DNA from: Eledone cirrhosa | Taxonomy: Eukaryota | NCBI GenBank assembly: GCA_964016885.1 | Contig: OZ024741.1 | Location: 268,832,001-268,896,000 of the forward strand | Reading direction: 5' to 3' | Length of the DNA stretch: 64,000 nucleotides | Shown: positions 55,001-64,000 of the stretch, piece by piece | How the letters are laid out: each line of letters begins with the position of its first letter | Position numbering within the stretch: the first letter of the stretch is position 1 | Notes under the pieces: generated by a model | Told to the model about the DNA's origin: nothing | Seen by the model: only the letters and a program-made list of their open reading frames with translations | Databases searched by the model: none | Position numbers and translations under genes: made by a program

Positions 55001-57295
55001 TCATCATTATCATTTTACGTCCACTTTTCCCTGCTTGCAAGGGTTGGACGGGTCCTATTCAGCACAGCATCTCTCCACATGTAACGGTCCTTCGTCATCT
55101 CCTCGGTGAGTTTCAGCGATCTGAAGTCTGCTCTTACCACCTCCGCCCATGTTTTTCGTGGTCTACCCCTACTGCATCTTCCTTCTACTGGGATTTCTTG
55201 GCACTTCTTTACCCAGCGGTCATCCTCCATGTGCATCACATGTCAATACCATCTCAGCCTTCTCTCCTGCACACCACAACTTATCCCTCTTATACCCAGT
55301 TTCTTTTTAAACTCGTCTATGCTTGGTCGTTCACGCACATTGACATTGCACATCCAACGGAGCATACTTGCTTCATTTCTCTCCAGCCGTCGCATATCCT
55401 GCTGCCCAAGTCTCACTACCATGCAGCATCGCGCATTTCACACAGGCATCATATAACCGTCCTTTCGTACACAGGGAGAAACCTTTCTTTGTCAACAACG
55501 GAAGCAGCTCCCTAAACTTCTTCCAAACTGTCCTTATTCTAGATACTATGGCCTTGGAACCCCCCCCCCCCCTCCCATGCTAATCTGATCACCTAGGTAC
55601 CGGAAGCTATCAACCACTTCTATAGAATCCACCTGCATTGGAAAAATGTGTCTGTCACTGTGATTACTGCTGCACATCTACTGCATACGTAGTTTTCCTT
55701 ACCTGTTAGTTTTCCTGCTATCCCACTACATTTCTTGTGTACCCAAGATGTGCATTGTGTACATTTTATAGAATTTATGCCAGTTCCTTTCCTACATATT
55801 GAACATAGCCATTTCCCTGATGGAATCGGAGTATTGTTCTCTCTCCTACTTATCAACACTTTTGTCTTAGCTATGTTCACTCTCAGTCCTGCTGATTCCA
55901 ACTGCTGTTTCCATAGCCAGAATTTATTCTCTAGCTCCTTTACTGATTCTGCTATAAGAACCAGATCATTAGCATAGAGAAGTTCCCATGGGCAGCCAGT
56001 CTTAAACTCCTCTGTTATGGCTTGGAGGACTATAATGAACAAGAGCGGGTTGAGGACCGAACCCTGATGTACACCTACTTGTATCTGGAATTCCTCACTA
56101 AACTCCATACCTACTCTCACTTTACTGACAGCACCCCTGTACATAGCTTGCACTGTCCTCACAAGCCATACCTCAACACCTAGTTTCCTGAGGGATCACC
56201 AGATGACAGATCGGGGTACCCTATCAAAGGCCTTCTCTAGGTCAACAAAAGCTAAGTATAGTGGCTTATTCTTCTCTAAGAACTTGTAGTTGCCTCACTA
56301 AGAAGAGGGCATCTGTTGTACTTTTCCAAGGCACAAAACCAACTTGCATCTCATCTAATTTGACCCTTTCTCTAATTAGTTGCGCTAATATTCTCTCTGC
56401 CACTTTCATAACCTGATCCATCAGCTTTATGCCCCTATAATTGCTCCTCTCTAGAGCATCCCCTTTACCTTTGTAACAATTTATGAGAATACTGCTGCAC
56501 CGGTCTTTGGGTATGACACCACCATATATAGCCTGATTGATGATGCGTGCAACCAGTTTAATGCCTACTTTACCTGATGCCTTCAGCATATCAGCAACTA
56601 TCCCCGATGGTCCAGCAGCCTTACCATTCTTCATTTCTTTAATTGACTCTTCTACCCTATATTCGTCAATATCAATAGCTGATCCCTCTGTCGGGTCTAC
56701 TGAGGGTAATTTCTCTCTGTCCCATTCGTTCTCCACATTTATCAGACTCTCATAGTGTCATTTCCAGGCCTCCCTTTTTTGATCATTCGTGACACTAAGT
56801 ACACCAGCATCATTTTGGACACACTTATCTCCAACAACATTCTGATTTGCACTGACACACTGCCTTGCAATGCGGAATACCGCACGTCTCTGATCTTCCG
56901 TTGCAGAACATTGGCAAACCTCCTACTCTCGGCCTCCCTGCATGCTAAGTACACCTGACGTCTTCTCTCTTAGCGACTGTGTATCCTTCCCTACTCACAC
57001 CATTTTTCCAAGCCTTCCATGCCAGTCTTTTGTCTCTAATGGCCCTATCTACCATGCTGTTCCACCACCAGGTCACTCTCTGTCTGGTTGAAGCTCTGCC
57101 CCAACCACAAGTTTCTTTAGTAGCCTGCAGTAAGTTGTCACGTAAGAAATTCCAGTTATCATCTATATCATACAACTCTAAATCGTCTTCTTTTTCGTCA
57201 TACACGTCTTGAAGGGCTTTGCTAAATTTATATTTTAATGAAAGGTCTTTTAGCTTCCAGACCTTTCTTTTCCACACCTTCCTGTATGTCTCATT
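55001..57295 (-). mobile_element. Largest RTE-clade LINE copy (~2.3 kb; 5'-truncated, frameshifted)
   Basis: TWWWN, GKAAGPSGI, YKGKGDALERSNYRGIKL, QGSVLNPLLF, LLYANDL, a Cys-rich segment (CSIC...CTQC...H..C...CSRC), GRPRKTW and the 3' tail. Confidence 0.95.
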
Positions 57296-57362
57296 CTTTC
57301 TCATGTATGTATATATATGCATCATCATTTACCCATTGGTAAGCAATCTAACGTAAATGATT

Positions 57363-57418
<56 letters not shown>

Positions 57419-57521
57419 TATATATATATATATACACACACGAGATGTCAACATGAATGGACCTGTTATTTTTATCTAAAGACATTTTTTCTAATTCAAA
57501 ACCGCTCGTCTCCTCCTTCTT

Positions 57522-57557
57522 TCTTCTGATGAAGGACTAGCGTCCGAAACGTTAAGA
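57522..57557 (+). ncRNA. Minimal type I hammerhead ribozyme-like motif, core intact
   Basis: TCTT-CTGATGA-A-GGAC TAGC GTCC-GAAA-CG-T-T-AAGA; 4-bp stems I and II; palindromic ACGT in place of stem III. Confidence 0.8.
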
Positions 57558-57807
57558 CCCTCTTCCTGCTATATCAAGCGTTAACCTAATATATTCCGTC
57601 CATATACTGTACCGATTTCTGATTGTGTTATATAAACATATATATACACACACCCACACACATATATATATATACACATAAATATACACACACATACATA
57701 TATATATATATACACACACATAAATACACTCTATATATATATACACACACACACACACATCTTTTTTTCATTACCATTATAAGGGGTCTGACAAGCCGTG
57801 GATTACA

Positions 57808-58203
57808 GAGTGTAACTTGGAGTTACTGTATGTTCACCCGGGTGAGCACTCAATGTTTAGGTTCACTTCTGTGTTGAGGTGTAGAGCTAGACAGAGTGTA
57901 TTATAGTAAAATAAAACAAGGACGATTGGTTACTCATTCATTACATTTATTGGTTGGTGATGTGCGTTTTGCCACTGATCAGCTCAAGGTTTGATCTGTA
58001 TCGATCTCGATACAGATCGAACCTTGAGCTGATCAGTGGCGCAACGCGCGTCACCAACCAATAAATGTAATGAATGAGTAACCAATTGTCCTTGTTTTAT
58101 TTTACTATAATACACTCTGTCTAGCTCTACACCTCAACACAGAAGTGAACCTAAACATTGAGTGCTCACCCGGGTGAACATACAGTAACTCCAAGTTACA
58201 CTC
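57808..58203. repeat. Palindrome with 197-bp arms and a 2-nt centre, derived from a hammerhead-bearing repeat
   Basis: 57808-58004 is the reverse complement of 58007-58203 with about 6 differences. Confidence 0.93.
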
Positions 58204-58210
58204 CCTGGAT

Positions 58211-58258
<48 letters not shown>

Positions 58259-58259
58259 T

Positions 58260-58745
58260 ATACTCTTATACTAAGCTCTGCCAGTTGCAGACTCCTCATC
58301 AACATAAGATATTTTTCTCCACAAAGTTCGATCACCAGCGGCAGAGTTTAAAAAGCAAAGATGAAGTCCTGTCCATAAGTTGACCTTCCTTCCAGGCATA
58401 ACCTATTCACACTACGAGTTGATCTTTTTATATGACCGTATAGTTTGAGTTCTCTTGACTTGACAATTGATGTAATTGGTCTAAGTTTGGTAATGTTGAG
58501 CAGCTCACTGATACAGATACGGTTGCTGAGTCGCTTGCCAGTCATAAGTCTCATGATGTGGTTTGGAATGTGGAGAGCTTCTGAATTGACCTTGTTGTCC
58601 AATTAACACAGTCAAGACCATATAACACAACTGGTAGGATGTAACCTTGTGCACATCACCATCATTGACTTTACAAAAGTTTTTGACAACGTGAAACTAC
58701 CCAGCTTGTGGCAACTCTTAAACAAGACCTCAATTAACATGCCCA
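58260..58745 (-). mobile_element. Fragment of a third RTE-like LINE with a small inverted RT piece
   Basis: Minus strand gives ILPVVLYGLDCVNW and RELKLYGHIKRS...LEGR; plus strand at ~58660-58740 gives IDFTKVFDNV...LWQLL. Confidence 0.7.
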
Positions 58746-58807
58746 CTGTAAGCTGAAGTTGAAAGTTTATACTTTGGGTATGTCACTATCTTATACATCA
58801 AATATTG

Positions 58808-58867
58808 TATTTTATCTGATGAAAGCATACCATAATTTGGTATCCTTGAAATACATATAATAAAATA
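58808..58867 (+). ncRNA. Type I hammerhead ribozyme-like motif, core intact
   Basis: TATTTTAT-CTGATGA-AAGCATACC ATAATTT GGTATCCTT-GAAA-TACATA-T-A-ATAAAATA; 8-bp stem I, 8/9-bp stem II, near-palindromic stem III. Confidence 0.82.
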
Positions 58868-59084
58868 AATATGATGCTATAGTGATATTTTCTATTTATT
58901 ACTATTGATAATATTATAATACTTCAGATAAAATCTTTCTGTAGAGTGTTTCATATCTGTTCAATATTCATCAACAAAGCATATAACTCATTGTGTATAT
59001 ATATATCTTCTTGAATCATCCCTTTTGAAGGTGTAGCATTCATTTTACTTTTTCTAATAGTTAGAATATGTGACTTGCCACACA

Positions 59085-59116
<32 letters not shown>

Positions 59117-59239
59117 AGACACAGACACACACACATACACATATATCTATCTTTCACTCACTCTCTATATATATAATTGTCAGTATCATAATCATTTTAT
59201 GCCTGCCTTACCATGCTGGTATGGTTTGGTCAGTGTGAG

Positions 59240-61108
59240 TTCACTTGCTGTATTGTTGGTCACTTGTTATATCACTGGTCACTTGCTGTATTGTTGGTCA
59301 CTTGCTGTATTGTTGGTCACTTGCTGTATTGCTGGTCACTTGCTGTATTGTTGGTCACTTGTTATATCACTGGTCACTTGCTGTATTGCTGGTCACTTGC
59401 TGTATTGTTGCTCACTTGCTGTATTGCTGGTCACTTGCTGTATTGTTGGTCACTTGCTGTATTGATGGTCACTTGCTGTATTGTTGGTCACTTGCTGTAT
59501 TGTTGGTCACTTGCTGTATTGCTGGTCACTTGCTGTATTGCTGGTCACTTGCTGTATTGTTGGTCACTTGCTGTATTGTTGGTCACTTGCTGTATTGCTG
59601 GTCACTTGTTACATCATTGATCACTTGCTGTATTGTTGGTCACTTGCTGTATTGTTGGTCACTTGCTGTATTGATGGTCACTTGCTGTATTGTTGGTCAC
59701 TTGCTGTATTGATGGTCACTTGCTGTATTGTTGGTCACTTGCTGTATTGCTGGTCACTTGCTGTATTGCTGGTCACTTGTTACATCATTGATCACTTGCT
59801 GTATTGTTGGTCACTTGCTGTATTGTTGGTCACTTGCTGTATTGTTGGTCACTTGCTGTATTGCTGGTCACTTGCTGTATTGCTGGTCACTTGCTGTATT
59901 GTTGGTCACTTGTTATATCACTGGTCACTTGCTGTATTGCTGGTCACTTGCTGTATTGTTGGTCACTTGCTGTATTGCTGGTCACTTGCTGTATTGTTGG
60001 TCACTTGCTGTATTGCTGGTCACTTGCTGTATTGCTGGTCACTTGCTGTATTGTTGGTCACTTGCTGTATTGTTGGTCACTTGCTGTATTGCTGGTCACT
60101 TGTTACATCATTGATCACTTGCTGTATTGTTGGTCACTTGCTGTATTGTTGGTCACTTGCTGTATTGATGGTCACTTGCTGTATTGTTGGTCACTTGCTG
60201 TATTGCTGGTCACTTGCTGTATTGTTGGTCACTTGCTGTATTGTTGGTCACTTGCTGTATTGCTGGTCACTTGTTACATCATTGATCACTTGCTGTATTG
60301 TTGGTCACTTGCTGTATTGTTGGTCACTTGCTGTATTGCTGGTCACTTGCTGTATTGTTGGTCACTTGCTGTATTGCTGGTCACTTGCTGTATTGTTGGT
60401 CACTTGCTGTATTGCTGGTCTCTTGCTGTATTGTTGGTCACTTGCTGTATTGTTGGTCACTTGCTGTATTGTTGGTCACTTGCTGTATTGCTGGTCACTT
60501 GTTACATCATTGATCACTTGCTGTATTGTTGGTCACTTGCTATATTGTTGGTCACTTGCTGTATTGTTGGTCACTTGCTGTATTGCTGGTCACTTGTTAC
60601 ATCATTGATCACTTGCTGTATTGTTGGTCACTTGCTGTATTGATGGTCACTTGCTGTACTGCTGGTCACTTGTTACATCATTGATCACTTGCTGTATTGT
60701 TGGTCACTTGCTGTATTGCTGGTCACTTGTTACATCATTGGTCACTTGCTATATTGTTGGTCACTTGCTGTATTGATGGTCACTTGCTGTACTGCTGGTC
60801 ACTTGTTACATCATTGATCACTTGCTGTATTGATGGTCACTTGCTGTACTGCTGGTCACTTGTTACATCATTGATCACTTGCTGTATTGTTGGTCACTTG
60901 CTGTATTGCTGGTCACTTGTTACATCATTGATCACTTGCTCTATTGTTGGTCACTTGCTGTATTGCTGGTCACTTGTTACATCATTGATCACTTGCTCTA
61001 TTGTTGGTCACTTGCTGTATTGCTGGTCATTTGCTACATCACTGATCACTTGCTGTATTGTTAGTCACTTGCTGTATTGTTGGTCACTTGCTGTATTGTT
61101 GGTCACTT
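59240..61108. repeat. 19-bp minisatellite (GGTCACTTGCTGTATTGTT with variants), ~98 copies
   Basis: Direct reading; it explains the ORFs at 59070-61149. Confidence 0.97.
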
Positions 61109-61193
61109 TCCACCTTATTGGGTGGGACCATCATTTAAAAAAAAAATGAAAGATGATGACAAAAACAAAATTAATCATTACTGCCCACTCCCC

Positions 61194-61780
61194 ATATTGA
61201 TTATTATTGATCACTGTAACTAGTCTAGACACTATTGATTATTATTAATCACTGTAACTAGTCTAGACACTCTATTGATTATTATTGATCACTGTAACTA
61301 GTCTAGACACTCTATTGATTATTATTGATCACTGTAACTAGTCTAGACACTATATTGATTATTATTGATCACTGTAACTAGTCTAGACACTATATTGATT
61401 ATTATTGATCACTGTAACTAGTCCAGACACTATTGATTATTATTGATCACTGTAACTAGTCTAGACATTATTGATTATTATTGATCACTGTAATTAGTCT
61501 AGACACTATTGATTATTATTGATCACTGTAACTAGTCTAGTCACTATATTGATTATTATTGATCACTGTAACTAGTCTAGATACTATTGATTATTATTGA
61601 TCACTGTAACTAGTCCAGACACTATTGATTATTATTGATCACTGTAACTTGTCTAGACACTATTGATTATTATTGATCACTAACTAGTCTAGACACTCTA
61701 TTGATTATTATTGATCACTGTAACTAGTCTAGACACTATTGATTATTATTGATCACTGTAACTAATCTAGACACTCTATA
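61194..61780. repeat. 38/40-bp minisatellite (TATTGATTATTATTGATCACTGTAACTAGTCTAGACAC[TC/TA]), ~15 copies
   Basis: Direct reading. Confidence 0.96.
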
Positions 61781-61817
61781 TATTACTATAGATTATATAT
61801 ATTTGATATTAGAAATA

Positions 61818-62185
61818 TCATCATCATCACTGTGGCATGGGTTAGAGAAGTTATCCTGTTGTGACCATGTCGTGCTCATACAGAACTGATTTCTGACTTG
61901 GTTTCTACAGTTGGTTGCCCTTCCTAGCACCAACCTCATTTACAGTGTGGACTGCGTATTTTTTTTTCCCTGATACCTAGACGACCACTTTACAGTATAG
62001 ACTGGGTGTTTTTTGTTGTGATGCTTACACAATCACTTTACAGTGTTGGCTGGGCGCTTTTTGTCATGTCGCCATCACAATTACATTACAGTGTTGGGTG
62101 GGCGCTTTTTGTCATCTCGCCATCACAATCACATTACAGTGTTGGCTGGCCGCTGTTTGTCATGTTGCCATCATGATCACTCTAA
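61818..62185 (-). mobile_element. Degenerate SINE-A-related element with a tandemly amplified internal ~45-bp unit
   Basis: TGCCCTTCCTAGCACCAACCTCATTTACAGTG, followed by ~5 repeats of the CACTTTACAGT...GGGYGYTTTTTGT motif. Confidence 0.7.
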
Positions 62186-62195
62186 CTAGTTTAAT

Positions 62196-62248
<53 letters not shown>

Positions 62249-62341
62249 TACACATACATACATACATACGCAGAAATCTTACTTGAATTGTTTCAACATT
62301 GTAAAGGACCTTACTTTCTTGATTTGAAATTTATATAACTA

Positions 62342-62390
<49 letters not shown>

Positions 62391-62479
62391 TCAACTTAAG
62401 CTAAAATCCCTTGGGGTGGGGGTGGGGCTATAAGCCAAAGCGGCTAAATAAAAGTCGGCTTTGACCATGGTTTCTGGAA

Positions 62480-62930
62480 CTCAGGATGCAGCATCATCAA
62501 TTCCGAAACATTGGAATAACTAATAACCAATATTGAATAGAAATGGTATCAGCACAAACCAGAGACCATCCTAGAAAATCAGACTATGAACGCTTGAGGA
62601 ACTTTACAATCCAGATAGATAGAGTTCTTGAAAAAATCAAGGTCAGACATAACTGAAAGGAGGCGTATATTGATTGATGTATCAGGAGACCATCATATCA
62701 ATGGTAAAGAAAATGAGAAAATTATAATATATGCAGACTTGAGAAGAGATATTGAGTGTGGAATGTGAAAGTGAGAGTGGTACCAATTGTGATTGGAGCA
62801 CTTGTATTGGTGACAGAAAACCTCCAGAAATACCTTGATAGAATTGGAATCTATCCTAGAATTTGAAAGTGCCAAAAACAACAATTTTTGGGACAGCAAA
62901 TATCTTGTGGAATGTACTGTCTATCTGAGG
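62480..62930 (+). mobile_element. Decayed RLE endonuclease fragment of an R4/Dong-like element
   Basis: PETILEN, RSDI, IDVS, KENEKIIIYADL and WNVKVRVVPIVIGAL across frames. Confidence 0.7.
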
Positions 62931-63009
62931 TTACATAACTTGATAGGGAGTCAATTAAATGACCCAGCGTTAATAAGATCATCTCTGTGTAAATGAAGGA
63001 TAATAATAA

Positions 63010-63467
63010 TAATGAGTTCTTTATTAACCACAAAGGGTTTACATCAAGAAAAACATTATGACAGTACAGGACGAAAACATCGAGTATGTGTGTGTGTGTT
63101 GATTTTATGTGTAAACAAATTTTAACAATGTTAAAAAAAAAAGGTAACAAAATTAAAACAAAGAAGGTTCCTCAATAGGGAGGAGGCATTCAAGAGTCAT
63201 TTGTGGGGGACCCCCGCCCCATAAAACCTCAAATGCCTTGATCTTTAGGGTAAGTGCCCTATCTCAGTTGTACTCCTCCAATCTACAGGCTCATACTCAG
63301 AGCGGGCCCATTCATTCGGGCCACATTCACTTCTCTCACCCACCTTTCAACAAATTGCTTTGAAGGCAGCACTTCTCTCTCTACCCTGATTTTTCCTCCT
63401 CAAGTGGAACCTGAAAAAGTTAATAAGGGCTTTTCTAAAAAGGAAAGTGTTCATCTTCAAACCTTTT
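63010..63467 (-). mobile_element. Possible LINE (L1/Tx1-like) 3' end with a (TTA)n tail
   Basis: Minus strand reads ...KALINFFRFHLRRK..., then a T-rich UTR and AATAAAG; a related UTR follows at ~63510-63735. Confidence 0.4.
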
Positions 63468-63804
63468 AATAATAATAATAATAATAATGATTTCTTATAA
63501 ATAATAATTATGATTTCTTATTTGGCCACTAGGGCCCACATATAGGGGAAAGTGCAAAAAGACATTGACCGTGGGGGTTTACAATAAAATCGAGTAAAAA
63601 ACCAAATTAACAAAAACAATTCCCCAATAGTGGGGAAAACCACTCAAGGGTGACTTGGGCGCCTCACCAATCCTGAAACACCCGACGCTTCAAGCACTTC
63701 CAGGAAGCGCACCCCTCTCCTTCTCAAATCAACCAACCTAATAATAATAATAATATTGATTTTCATGAAGTTGTCTCATTAGTTGTTGAAGGTGAAGTGT
63801 TAAT

Positions 63805-63985
63805 AATTATTTCTACTTTTGGCACAAGGCCAGCAATTATCCCAGTGCATTACTTGTACTTTATTTTATTGACCCCGTAAGGATGAAAGGCAAAGTTAAC
63901 CTCGGCAGCATTTGAACTCGGACCGTAAAGGGACGTAACTCTATGCCGCAAAGCATGGCCTGCGACCCTCTCCCGATACTGTCAC
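63805..63985 (-). mobile_element. SINE family B
   Basis: Reverse complement of the 6660-6835 consensus. Confidence 0.85.
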
Positions 63986-64000
63986 TAATTCTTTAGTGTT

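Noticed and set aside
59070-61149. Long ORFs up to 375 aa (LVTCCIVGHLLYCWSLAV repeats)
   Set aside because: They are translations of a 19-bp satellite, open in all three frames; no coding evidence.

Overview
Eukaryotic, AT-rich, microsatellite-saturated DNA (long TA/CA/CAT/CAC runs), almost certainly intronic or intergenic. The repeat style resembles octopus/cephalopod genomes; this is an inference, not checked. No intact protein-coding gene is supported, and nearly all long ORFs in the track are translations of simple repeats. Recognisable content: decayed RTE-clade LINE fragments; a tRNA-headed SINE that shares the RTE 3' tail; a second SINE family; a decayed R4/Dong-type (RLE) non-LTR element; a DD37D (maT) transposase remnant; Helitron remnants; several MITEs; and four tandem-repeat arrays (43, 34, 19 and 38/40 bp units). 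The most interesting hidden signal is about ten type I hammerhead-ribozyme-like motifs (stem I - CUGANGA - stem II - GAAA - mostly palindromic stem III - UH) in several unrelated short repeat families. One lies just downstream of a Penelope-like GIY-YIG C-terminus, and several sit inside long fold-back inverted repeats. A near-perfect 161-bp-arm hairpin built from a tRNA-like element has the same fold-back layout. All structures were paired by eye; no folding or database search was run.
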